Shown here: positions 41,627 to 50,199 of the stretch, piece by piece
How positions within the stretch are numbered: position 1 is the first letter of the stretch
How the letters are laid out: the number at the start of each line of letters is the position of its first letter
NCBI GenBank assembly: GCA_035529375.1
Contig: DATKWU010000009.1
Span: forward strand, 157,848 to 221,847
Length of the DNA stretch: 64,000 nucleotides
Source of the DNA: Patescibacteria group bacterium
Lineage (GTDB): Bacteria; Patescibacteriota; Microgenomatia; PFEM01; JAHIFH01
Reading direction: 5' to 3'
Notes under the pieces: model-generated
Database searches by the model: none
What the model was told of the DNA's origin: nothing
The model's input: the letters and a program-made list of their open reading frames with translations, nothing else
Translations under genes and position numbers: made by a program

Positions 41627-41650
41627 AAAAAATCCGCATAAAAGCGGATT
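41627..41650 (-). terminator. intrinsic terminator within the leader of the small-peptide gene
   Basis: AATCCGC-TTTTAT-GCGGATT followed by TTTT. Confidence 0.55.
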
Positions 41651-41700
41651 AATAAATTTTCTTTGAATTGGGCAGGCAAGTGACTTGCCTCATTAGTCAG

Positions 41701-41729
41701 ACGATAACAAGTTTTTCACGAATAGTCAA
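41701..41729 (-). promoter_or_regulatory. sigma70 promoter upstream of the small-peptide/protease genes
   Basis: TTGACT-17 nt-TATCGT with TG extension. Confidence 0.5.
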
Positions 41730-41887
41730 CCAGCGGGTCAATCGAGATGTAAATAGTAAAAATGAAGCCCATCTAGTTTTAGCCTCATAATTCCCTTACA
41801 ACTAGGGGATTTTATTAGAGGCGATTTAAGGCTAGTTTCTGCCTGAAGTTTTAAACCAAAGCTAACTTGGGTATATTAAATTCCAAC

Positions 41888-41917
41888 TAGCTCACCCGAT
41901 GGGACGATTTTCGAACC
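41888..41917 (+). repeat. att-like site copy (TAG CTC ACC CGA TGG GAC GAT TTT CGA ACC)
   Basis: Close match to array consensus; preceded by GGTATATTAAAT. Confidence 0.65.
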
Positions 41918-41932
41918 TTTATAAAATATTAC

Positions 41933-42487
41933 TTAATAGAAAGTTATTTCTCGAAGCATACCCCATGACTTTGCGTCTGTTGCTTTTTTAAATACAAATA
42001 TTGACTCAACCTTAAAGGAAAACACATTGTTAAAATTTTTTAATTCCTTTTTAATCTTAGGAAGTGAGTTGTTTGGTATTTTCTCCGCAATAGTCATATG
42101 AGGATTAAACTTGTCAGGAGTTGGACTATATTCACTGTAAACACTTTTTGTATAACCTTCTAAGAACTTAACAGTTTTTACTAGTAAGTTAATAATATAT
42201 TTAGACGATTTAGAATCAGGTTTTACAAACGCAACATTATTTCTACCTTTAAAATAATCAATTGAATTAAGAGTAACTTCACCACATTTCGTTTTAGAAA
42301 AGTCGTTTACAAGTTTTGTAAGAAATCGTCTTTCCGTAATACCTTTTAAAAAGAATGGTGGATATACGGTAATGTGTGAGGGAATAGTGTAACTTGTGTA
42401 TTTTGCATACAATCTGCGATATTTATCCATTGTTTTAATAACTTCTTTTGGAGGGAGAATGACTATTAGGTAAGAGTAAGAGTTCAT
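41933..42487 (-). CDS. 2'-5' RNA ligase / 2H phosphoesterase family protein
   Basis: Two HxT motifs (SHITV, PHMTI). Confidence 0.85.
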   Translation of the reverse strand: MNSYSYLIVILPPKEVIKTMDKYRRLYAKYTSYTIPSHITVYPPFFLKGITERRFLTKLVNDFSKTKCGEVTLNSIDYFKGRNNVAFVKPDSKSSKYIINLLVKTVKFLEGYTKSVYSEYSPTPDKFNPHMTIAEKIPNNSLPKIKKELKNFNNVFSFKVESIFVFKKATDAKSWGMLREITFY

Positions 42488-42519
42488 ACGTGAAGTATAT
42501 CATCTGAGGCTAAAGGTCG

Positions 42520-42549
42520 TGGCTCGAGGATCTTAACGCTAATATAACC
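42520..42549 (+). repeat. att-like site copy (TGG CTC GAG GAT CTT AAC GCT AAT ATA ACC)
   Basis: Opens tail frame WLEDL..VFEDSKF; left flank shared with the 44811 copy. Confidence 0.55.
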
Positions 42550-42637
42550 AGTCAATTCGTGCGTATTTTCAAGGTATTTGAGGATTCCAAGTTTATCAGT
42601 CAACTACAGGAAGAAATGAATAGAGTGATACCAGCAG

Positions 42638-43042
42638 TCAATCTTTCAAGTGGTACGATTCGTTCATCCATTCAATGATTTCATCGTCTATTTCTTGCTT
42701 GCTGCTTATATCAAAACAATTCTTATATACCATGCTGGACATTGGTACACATACTTTCAACCTTGGGCTATCAAGTTTTCTATCTAATGCAAACCTTATC
42801 TCTAACCTATCATTTTTAGGTAACGCTGCCAAAAAGTCATATTTACCAAACAAATGAACACAGCAAGGAATAGAAATTATTTTGCATTTACCAATCTTGC
42901 TGTCAATTTGTTCTACTAAAAAGTCAAACAGCTTTTTTGCTTGCTTCTTACCTACAAAATGCTTTTGCAAAGGAATCTTTTTACAACTATGAGGTTGGTT
43001 GGCGCCTCTGAAAATTCGTTTGCATTTAGGACACGTCCACAT
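42638..43042 (-). CDS. DUF5655-like protein with N-terminal Zn motif
   Basis: MWTCPKC.R.F...NQ.HSC; EID.E..EW..ESY end. Confidence 0.7.
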   Translation of the reverse strand: MWTCPKCKRIFRGANQPHSCKKIPLQKHFVGKKQAKKLFDFLVEQIDSKIGKCKIISIPCCVHLFGKYDFLAALPKNDRLEIRFALDRKLDSPRLKVCVPMSSMVYKNCFDISSKQEIDDEIIEWMNESYHLKD

Positions 43043-43134
43043 GGTTCAATTGTACTAGTTTTATCAGGAAATGATAAATGGAAGGTTATATTAAAGACTA
43101 TTCGACTAATTTAATTTCATGGCTAAATTTCTTT

Positions 43135-43164
43135 ATGCTCCCCAAACCAAAAGATATTATATCC
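43135..43164 (+). repeat. att-like site copy (ATG CTC CCC AAA CCA AAA GAT ATT ATA TCC)
   Basis: Opens tail frame MLPK..AFED..WEEIKKL. Confidence 0.55.
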
Positions 43165-43260
43165 AAGGTTTTAGGCACAATTCTTACTGCTTTTGAGGAT
43201 GTAAACCAGATGGAAGTGATTAAAGTGAGGTGGGAGGAGATAAAGAAGTTACAGCCACAA

Positions 43261-43545
43261 CTAGCGACTTCCTAGTTTTTTTATCCTCTCAGCTAATAAA
43301 CCAGTTAATGAACCTATCCCAAACCAGAAAATTCCAACAAAAAGAACATTAAAAATAAAATTGTCAGAAAATGCTCGGCAACAGGTTTCAAAAATCTCTT
43401 CAAAAATGATTGAGGGAATAACCATCCAAAATAAAATACTTATTTTACCTCCAGTAATGAGTCCGAAGAGTAACCCCAAAACTATCAAGACTGGAAAAAT
43501 CATAACTCCGGAAACTAACCAATAAGGTAAGTTTTTAAGTTTCAT
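43261..43545 (-). CDS. hypothetical small membrane protein
   Basis: Hydrophobic 94-aa ORF; TGATATAAT 7 nt upstream. Confidence 0.6.
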   Translation of the reverse strand: MKLKNLPYWLVSGVMIFPVLIVLGLLFGLITGGKISILFWMVIPSIIFEEIFETCCRAFSDNFIFNVLFVGIFWFGIGSLTGLLAERIKKLGSR

Positions 43546-43610
43546 TATTTTAATTATATCAGAAGTTCGAAGGGCAACACTTGGTATATTAAAAACGAGA
43601 CTAAATTTCT

Positions 43611-43640
43611 AAGCCCTCCCTTGCGGACGATGTTCTAACT
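43611..43640 (+). repeat. att-like site copy (AAG CCC TCC CTT GCG GAC GAT GTT CTA ACT)
   Basis: GGACGATGTTC.AAC core; preceded by GGTATATTAAAA. Confidence 0.6.
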
Positions 43641-43648
43641 AGCCTATT

Positions 43649-44050
43649 TTAGTAGATTTTTTTTCGAAGATGTGTTAAATAGGCAGAAAAAATTGTTGTT
43701 AAAAGTTGCAAGAAAGGAGAAATAACAACCATCAAGACTAACCATCCCCAAAAACTAGCAACTGGAGTAAAAAGTATTAGAGGTTCACCAAAATTAGCAA
43801 TATCTTTTGTAGAGTCTAAACAATATGGCAACATCGCTAATAACCAAATAACAGCAAGGATTAAAAAGGTAAATAACGAGGCGAAGATTGAATATCTAAA
43901 AACCTTCCGCTCATCAATAAAATTACGAGCAAGAAAATATCCCAGAGGAAAACCTAAAAGTATATTAAAAAACGGGACTCCCATGCCCATGCCTATACAA
44001 ATAATGTCAATTGCCAGATAACCTAAAATCCATTTTTTCTTTATTTTCAT
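43649..44050 (-). CDS. hypothetical membrane protein
   Basis: Three to four TM segments; SD AAGGAGG. Confidence 0.7.
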   Translation of the reverse strand: MKIKKKWILGYLAIDIICIGMGMGVPFFNILLGFPLGYFLARNFIDERKVFRYSIFASLFTFLILAVIWLLAMLPYCLDSTKDIANFGEPLILFTPVASFWGWLVLMVVISPFLQLLTTIFSAYLTHLRKKIY

Positions 44051-44187
44051 TTTTCCTCCTTATGCCAATATTTTACATCAATCTTATAAAAGACTAAACC
44101 ATGTCCAGGGTGGGGTGGTAGATGGAAATTATTATAACCAACAAAAAAGGACGTAGTATCGGAATAATTTGATACCTGCGTCCAACC

Positions 44188-44217
44188 GAGCTCCCCCTAA
44201 AGGACCTATTCTGCAAC
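44188..44217 (+). repeat. att-like site copy (GAG CTC CCC CTA AAG GAC CTA TTC TGC AAC)
   Basis: GCTCCCC-N6-GAC core; tail frame LPLKDLFCNQELEFDLSL. Confidence 0.6.
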
Positions 44218-44258
44218 CAAGAACTAGAATTTGATTTGAGCCTACAGGAAGTTAAAAC

Positions 44259-44777
44259 TTACTTTCTAGTCCAACTCGCTGATTGACTCATTGTTACGCT
44301 CAATCTATCTCCATATAGACACATCTCATCTATCACAACTCGATACTCCAGTGCACTTTCTATCATTGATTTAAGATAAATTGCTACAGGCAGAGTTCCA
44401 TCGCTTTCTTGTCCGAAAGCTTCTAATACTCGTATTCGTGTGTCCTTATCTGTATGGATAACTACACTTTCTTCGCTAGAAAGAACTCCTTGAGAATCAT
44501 TCTTCACTCTACCCTCTATTACCAGGCCGACCCTTTCTTTGGGGTTATCGAGGTCTGAAACTGTATATGGTGTAAGGAGGTATAAACCGTCTTGTGTAAC
44601 TTCGGCCACAAAATTAGACAGAAGAACCGGATGGTCCTCAGAGTCATCAATCTCAGCCTGCCTTTTGAATAACTCGTGTAGTTCATCCATGGTTAGAGAA
44701 TATTCACCTCTGCTTTTTTCCGCCACAACCTCTATTAAAGCAATGTGCACTGGTCTTAACTCTGGTCTCTCAGGCAT
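44259..44777 (-). CDS. hypothetical protein
   Basis: 172-aa ORF; TGATATACT 6 nt upstream of ATG. Confidence 0.65.
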   Translation of the reverse strand: MPERPELRPVHIALIEVVAEKSRGEYSLTMDELHELFKRQAEIDDSEDHPVLLSNFVAEVTQDGLYLLTPYTVSDLDNPKERVGLVIEGRVKNDSQGVLSSEESVVIHTDKDTRIRVLEAFGQESDGTLPVAIYLKSMIESALEYRVVIDEMCLYGDRLSVTMSQSASWTRK

Positions 44778-44810
44778 GTCCGAAGTATATCAAATCTGAA
44801 GCTAAAATCC

Positions 44811-44840
44811 TAGCTCCCCACGGTATACAGGCTTCGAGAC
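44811..44840 (+). repeat. att-like site copy (TAG CTC CCC ACG GTA TAC AGG CTT CGA GAC)
   Basis: GCTCCCC...TTCGA core. Confidence 0.6.
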
Positions 44841-44879
44841 TGGCTAACAGACAACTTTTTAGATATTCCGGCTCTAAGA

Positions 44880-45272
44880 CTAAGCGTTGCTATCTAAGAA
44901 TTGCTTAAGCGCTTGCAGGTCTTTTTTATCGGGGTCGTAATAATATGAGGTTATACCGAGCGATTGAGCGCTTTTTGTTGCTTCTGGACTGTGTTCAAAA
45001 TAGACAACATCTTCCGGTTGGAGGCTAAAGTGTTCTAGCATTTTCCTAAAATACTCGGGGTCAGTCTTTTCCGGATTGTGCTTTAGTGTAAAAACCTCAT
45101 AGGGCATTTTGTCCAAGCCAAACTTCTTAAATTGCTTATCGTTCGCGCCGGTTAAGATTATTTTTTGATTTGGAAAGCCCTCAAGAAGATCGTGCATTTC
45201 CTTAAAAATCTTAAAGGCATCCTTACCCTTAACCACAAAAGCGCCAATTGCGTCTACTAAAATAGTTTTCAT
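44880..45272 (-). CDS. HAD-superfamily hydrolase-like protein
   Basis: TILVDA, P.K.DP.YF, V.YFEH, A.SLGI. Confidence 0.7.
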   Translation of the reverse strand: MKTILVDAIGAFVVKGKDAFKIFKEMHDLLEGFPNQKIILTGANDKQFKKFGLDKMPYEVFTLKHNPEKTDPEYFRKMLEHFSLQPEDVVYFEHSPEATKSAQSLGITSYYYDPDKKDLQALKQFLDSNA

Positions 45273-45313
45273 AATTGAAGTATAACAAAAAGCGTTTTAG
45301 GGTTACATTCTAT

Positions 45314-45335
45314 GCTCCGCGAACAGGACTCGAAC
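45314..45335 (-). repeat. tRNA 3'-end fragment (positions 53-74, Asn/Gln-like)
   Basis: Minus strand GTTCGAGTCCTGTTCGCGGAGC; no 5' half of a tRNA upstream. Confidence 0.6.
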
Positions 45336-45347
45336 TAATATTAAAAT

Positions 45348-45656
45348 TTACATTTTGATTTCAATATCCACTCCTGAAGGAAGTTCAAGATGCATTAAGG
45401 AGTCAATTGTTTTACTGGTTGGTTCAAGAATATCAATCAATCTTTTATGAGTGAGGATTTGGAAGTGTTCTCTGGCGTCTTTGTCAGTGTGGGGACTGGT
45501 GGTAACCGTAATCAGTTTTCGGTGGGTTGGTAGAGGCACAGGACCCACTACTTTGGCACCACTAGCTAAGGCTGTTTCTAAGATTTTTTCGCAACTCTCA
45601 TCGATGACTCGATGATCATATGCTTTTAAACGTACCCTTATTCTGCCCTTTGGCAT
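45348..45656 (-). CDS. rpsJ: 30S ribosomal protein S10
   Basis: [21 protein letters not shown]. Confidence 0.99.
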   Translation of the reverse strand: MPKGRIRVRLKAYDHRVIDESCEKILETALASGAKVVGPVPLPTHRKLITVTTSPHTDKDAREHFQILTHKRLIDILEPTSKTIDSLMHLELPSGVDIEIKM

Positions 45657-45663
45657 TCTCTCC

Positions 45664-46854
45664 TTAGGCGATAATTTTACTAATTGCTCCCGCCCCAACA
45701 GTGTGACCACCCTCACGGATAGCAAAACGGAAGCCTTCTTCCATAGCGACCGGCTGAATAAGCTTGACTGTCATCTTGGCATTATCACCAGGCATGACCA
45801 TTTCTACTCCCTTAGAGAGAGTGACTTCACCGGTTACATCTGTAGTTCGAACATAAAATTGAGGTTTGTAACCACTGAAGAAAGGGGTATGACGACCACC
45901 TTCTTCTTTGGTAAGGATATAAACTTCTGCCTCAAATTCTTGATGAGGCTTAATGGTACCAGGTTTTGCTAAAGCTTGACCTCGTTCCACGTCTTTCTTT
46001 TCGACTCCTCGAAGAAGAATACCAACGTTATCACCAGCTTCACCTTCATCAAGAGTTTTACGGAACATCTCAACACCAGTGACCGTTGTCTTTTGGGTGT
46101 CGCGAAGACCGATGATTTCGATTTCATCACCAACTTTAATTTTACCTCGTTCGATTCTTCCAGTGACAACAGTCCCTCGACCTTTAATAGAGAAAACATC
46201 CTCAAGAGGCATCAAGAAGGGTTTGTCTAAAGGCCGTTTAGGTGTCGGAATATTTTCATCAACCGCCTTCATCAGTTCAAGAACGGCTTTTTCTGCTTCA
46301 GCATCGCCCTCAAGGGCCTTAGCGGCGGAGCCTCGAATAATCGCAATTTTGTCACCAGGGAATTTATATTTAGTTAAAAGTTCCCTAATTTCCATTTCAA
46401 CCAGATCAAGCATCTCTTTGTCCTTAACCAAATCGACTTTATTTAGGAAAACGATCATGGCTGGCACATCAACCTGACGAGCCAAGAGAATATGCTCTCG
46501 AGTCTGAGGCATTGGACCATCATCGGCGGCGACAACAAGAATGGCACCATCCATTTGAGCAGCACCGGTAATCATGTTTTTAATAAAGTCTTTGTGTCCG
46601 GGACAGTCAATGTGAGCATAGTGACGCTTTTCCGTCTCATACTCAATGTGGGAAATAGAAATTGTCAAACCCCGTTCTTTTTCTTCAGGAGCGTTATCAA
46701 TCTGATCAAAGGGAATATATTTTGTCCCCGTATTTGCTTTCTCTAAAACCTTGGTAATTGCTGAGGTTAAAGTCGTCTTACCATGGTCAACGTGACCAAT
46801 GGTCCCAATATTAACGTGAGGTTTTTCTCTTTTAAATTTTGTTTTTTCAGCCAC
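45664..46854 (-). CDS. tuf: elongation factor Tu
   Basis: [26 protein letters not shown]. Confidence 0.99.
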   Translation of the reverse strand: MAEKTKFKREKPHVNIGTIGHVDHGKTTLTSAITKVLEKANTGTKYIPFDQIDNAPEEKERGLTISISHIEYETEKRHYAHIDCPGHKDFIKNMITGAAQMDGAILVVAADDGPMPQTREHILLARQVDVPAMIVFLNKVDLVKDKEMLDLVEMEIRELLTKYKFPGDKIAIIRGSAAKALEGDAEAEKAVLELMKAVDENIPTPKRPLDKPFLMPLEDVFSIKGRGTVVTGRIERGKIKVGDEIEIIGLRDTQKTTVTGVEMFRKTLDEGEAGDNVGILLRGVEKKDVERGQALAKPGTIKPHQEFEAEVYILTKEEGGRHTPFFSGYKPQFYVRTTDVTGEVTLSKGVEMVMPGDNAKMTVKLIQPVAMEEGFRFAIREGGHTVGAGAISKIIA

Positions 46855-46891
46855 TTTTTCTCCTTGATGCTATTTTAGCTAATTCTCGAGT

Positions 46892-46920
46892 ATTTTACAA
46901 GACTGTTTTTTCTTTTGCAA
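46892..46920 (-). promoter_or_regulatory. internal sigma70 promoter of tuf
   Basis: TTGCAA-17 nt-TAAAAT. Confidence 0.55.
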
Positions 46921-46927
46921 GCCCTAT

Positions 46928-49054
46928 TTATTTTCCTCTGTCAGAAGCAGCTCCAGTTTTGGCGGAAACAATTTTTTCCGTAATATTAGCCGGCACTTCT
47001 TGATAATGAGAAAATTCCATATAGGGATTGGCCCTACCCTGAGTAATACTCCTCAAAGTTGTGGCATAACCTGAGACTTCAGCCAAAGGAATGAGAACCG
47101 TAATCACCCGAATATTGCCCCGTGCCTCTGTCTCCTGAATTTGAGCCCGTTTACTAGACAAATCGCCAATAACATCACCCATAAACCCATCAGGCGTAGT
47201 CACTTCTAATTTCATAATCGGTTCTAAGAGAACCAAATTGGCTTGCTTAGCCGCATCTTGAAAACCCATTGAACCAGCAATCTTAAAAGCAATATCTGAA
47301 GAGTCAACTTCATGATAACTGCCGTCATAGACAGCCACAAACACATCAGTCACCGGATAACCTGCTAAAATTCCTTTATCCATCGCCTCCTTAACGCCCT
47401 TTTCAATCGCCGGAATGTAAACAGAAGGAATGGCTGTCCCTCGAATTTCATTGGTAAACTTAAAGCCCTCGCCTCGACCTAAAGGTTCCAGTCTAAGAAA
47501 ACAATGACCATATTGACCTCGGCCACCTGATTGACGAATATATTTACCTTCGCCTCTAGCCATCCGGGTAATCGTTTCCTTATAGGCAACTTGGGGCCGT
47601 CCAGTCCTGGCTTCGACCCCAAATTCCCGCTTCATTCGGTCAACAATAATTTCCAGATGCAACTCACCCATACCAGAAATAATTGTCTGGCCAGTCTCCC
47701 GATCAGACTTGATTTGAAAAGTCGGATCTTCTTCAGAAAGACGATTAAGAGCATAACCGAGTTTCCCTTGGTCAGCCCGGGTTTTAGGTTCAATCGCAAG
47801 AGAAATGACTGGCTCAGGAAAAGTAATCGATTCTAAAACAATCGGCTTGGCTTTGTCACAGAGAGTATCACCCGTCGCCGCTTCTTTCAAACCAACAATG
47901 GCAATAATTTCCCCGGCTTCAGCCGTTTCAATTTGCTCTCGATTGTTGGCATGCATCAGTAATAAACGCCCAACTCTTTCAGACCGTTTTTTGGTACTAT
48001 TGTAAACTTCCTCACCGGCTTTTAATGTTCCCGAATAAATACGAATATAAGTTAGTCTACCCACATGGGGGTCAGATTGAATTTTAAAAGCCAGAGCTGC
48101 AAAAGAACCTTTAGGATCACATGTTCTTCTTTCTTCCTTACCCGTTTCAGGGTTAGTCCCTTTAATCGCCGGAACATCAAGCGGATTGGGTAAAAAATCG
48201 ATCACTCCATCCAAAATAGGTTGGACACCTTTATTACGCAAGGAGGCTCCGGTATAAACCGGGACAAGTTGATTAGCGATGGTTGCTTGACGAATGCCTG
48301 TTTTTAATTCTTCAAGGCTAATTTCTTCACTCCGTAAAAATTTTTCTGTGAGGTCTTCATTGGTTTCGGCCACTAACTCAACCAATTCTTCTCGATATTT
48401 TTTCGCTTGCTCAATTAGATTAGCGGGAATTTCTTTGGTTTCAAATTTCTCTCCGGTTTTATCCTTTTCTTCCCAAATCAAGGCTTTTTGATTGAGGACA
48501 TCAACCACGCCGACAAAATCTTTCTCACTACCAATCGGCATCGTAAGAACAATCGGCTTGGCCCCTAAACGATCTTTAATCATTTCCACTGTCCGTTCAA
48601 AGTTTGCTCCCAATTTATCCATCTTATTAATGAGACAGAGACGAGGAACGTGATAGCCATCAGCTTGGTGCCAAACTTTTTCTGATTGAGATTGAACGCC
48701 TTCTTCAGCATCAAAAACAACAATCCCACCGTCTAAAACTCTTAAAGAGCGTTCCACTTCAGCCGTAAAATCAATATGGCCAGGAGTATCAATGATATTA
48801 ATCCGATAGTCACGCCAAAAAGCGGTTGTCGCTGCTGACATAATCGTAATTCCCCGTTCCTTTTCCTGCTCCATCCAATCCATCTGGGTAGTACCTTCAT
48901 CGATATCGCCGATTTTATAGCTCTTGCCAGTATAATAAAGGACCCGCTCGGTCGTGGTCGTTTTACCGGCATCAATATGGGCAATAATACCAATGTTCCG
49001 AACTTTTTCAATCGGGACTTTTCTTTTAGTAACTGTTTCGTTTTTTTCGGCCAT
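46928..49054 (-). CDS. fusA: elongation factor G
   Basis: [29 protein letters not shown]. Confidence 0.99.
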   Translation of the reverse strand: MAEKNETVTKRKVPIEKVRNIGIIAHIDAGKTTTTERVLYYTGKSYKIGDIDEGTTQMDWMEQEKERGITIMSAATTAFWRDYRINIIDTPGHIDFTAEVERSLRVLDGGIVVFDAEEGVQSQSEKVWHQADGYHVPRLCLINKMDKLGANFERTVEMIKDRLGAKPIVLTMPIGSEKDFVGVVDVLNQKALIWEEKDKTGEKFETKEIPANLIEQAKKYREELVELVAETNEDLTEKFLRSEEISLEELKTGIRQATIANQLVPVYTGASLRNKGVQPILDGVIDFLPNPLDVPAIKGTNPETGKEERRTCDPKGSFAALAFKIQSDPHVGRLTYIRIYSGTLKAGEEVYNSTKKRSERVGRLLLMHANNREQIETAEAGEIIAIVGLKEAATGDTLCDKAKPIVLESITFPEPVISLAIEPKTRADQGKLGYALNRLSEEDPTFQIKSDRETGQTIISGMGELHLEIIVDRMKREFGVEARTGRPQVAYKETITRMARGEGKYIRQSGGRGQYGHCFLRLEPLGRGEGFKFTNEIRGTAIPSVYIPAIEKGVKEAMDKGILAGYPVTDVFVAVYDGSYHEVDSSDIAFKIAGSMGFQDAAKQANLVLLEPIMKLEVTTPDGFMGDVIGDLSSKRAQIQETEARGNIRVITVLIPLAEVSGYATTLRSITQGRANPYMEFSHYQEVPANITEKIVSAKTGAASDRGK

Positions 49055-49169
49055 CTTTCTGTCTTTATTTTATCAATTTTTAGGCAAATAAAAAACCGCC
49101 TCTGTCAAGAAGCAGGCTTGCTTCGAGCTCATTTTAACAAAATCCTATTGATTACTCAAGCGTAATGTC

Positions 49170-49526
49170 CTAATAACCTCGCTCTTTCCCTAGGCTTCTT
49201 GTTTCCTTAAGCAATTCTTGTTGAATCTCATTATCTTCCGTTTCGAAATGATGGCCGCTTGCAAAATTTCTTACTTCCATCATCCCAAATATCCCTGAAC
49301 CATCAAAAACAACAAAAATGTCATGTTGAGGTAATCTGTAATTACCTACGACCCTATTAGTTTGGTGGTGTTCAATACAAAGTTCGGCTAAATCACCTTC
49401 AGCCCTGATAACAAGTCTATTTCTCGCCCAAGCAACCATCTCACTCTTTCTAAGGGAAAGTGGGCCTTCCATTTCGTCCCAACAATCCCGACAGATTGCT
49501 TTTACTTTAGGTTTTCTAATCGACAT
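49170..49526 (-). CDS. hypothetical protein (CxxC, C..HH possible metal site)
   Basis: 118-aa ORF inserted between rpsG and fusA. Confidence 0.55.
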   Translation of the reverse strand: MSIRKPKVKAICRDCWDEMEGPLSLRKSEMVAWARNRLVIRAEGDLAELCIEHHQTNRVVGNYRLPQHDIFVVFDGSGIFGMMEVRNFASGHHFETEDNEIQQELLKETRSLGKERGY

Positions 49527-49587
49527 AAACTAAAAAATTGCTTTTGGGCAGGCAATAAAATAAAAATAATAGAATCCTGACTTCTAC

Positions 49588-50163
49588 TCAAGAACCTCTT
49601 TGTCGGTAAAGCTTGGGATCAATCACCTTTGCCATAGCTTGAGTATCAAGAGTTCCATCTAAAAATTGGTTAATCTTTTTTACTTGACTCGCTGGCTTTT
49701 TCAAAACTTGATTATAGTCAATATAGATGACTTCAATATTGGGCTGTTTTCCCAACCATAATTTGGCCTCTTTTAAATGCTTTTTGAATAAGGCAGCCAT
49801 CTTCTTATCACTGGCTTTATTTACTGGCTTACCTCTTCTTTTAAGCATTTGTCTTTGGGAAGCAAGAATCTCTTCCATCTTCCGTTGCATAAAAATTACT
49901 TTGTAATTGTAGCTTCTGGGTAAATATTTTAAGAATTCAGAAACCATCTTGACGGTCTTACCTTGAGCCTGTTTAAGCCAAGTTTTATCCCGCCTAATTT
50001 GTTTAACTTTTTCAAATTCATAATAACCCTTAGGATTATCTTCATCGGCCTTTCTCAAATTATCCGTCAAAACAGATATCCCACCGGCTTTCATCATCTT
50101 CATCATCATTGAGGTACCAGAACGAGGTAAACCAGAAACAATCGTAATCGTTTTTTGTTTCAT
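49588..50163 (-). CDS. sulfotransferase family protein
   Basis: SGLPRSGTS 5'-PSB motif, NPKGYYE, R...E...S. Confidence 0.85.
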   Translation of the reverse strand: MKQKTITIVSGLPRSGTSMMMKMMKAGGISVLTDNLRKADEDNPKGYYEFEKVKQIRRDKTWLKQAQGKTVKMVSEFLKYLPRSYNYKVIFMQRKMEEILASQRQMLKRRGKPVNKASDKKMAALFKKHLKEAKLWLGKQPNIEVIYIDYNQVLKKPASQVKKINQFLDGTLDTQAMAKVIDPKLYRQRGS

Positions 50164-50199
50164 TAAGTCAATTTTAGCAAACGTGGTGAATAAAAAAAA

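Larger units (their letters stand above)
34972..45335. mobile_element. accessory cassette array / genomic island between rplC and rpsJ
   Basis: 14 accessory genes interrupting the S10 cluster, separated by recurring att-like sites; no integrase in window. Confidence 0.6.

Noticed and set aside
43078-43275. 65-aa + strand ORF as an independent gene
   Set aside because: Better explained as one of the att-associated tail frames; homologous copies contain stops or frameshifts.
34972-45335. CRISPR array or classical integron attC array
   Set aside because: Repeats are degenerate and separated by whole genes. I see no cas or intI gene and no RYYYAAC..GTTRRRY palindromic attC structure.
45703-49165. 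Several antisense or alternate-frame ORFs within tuf and fusA
   Set aside because: Shadow ORFs of highly conserved genes, with no independent signals.
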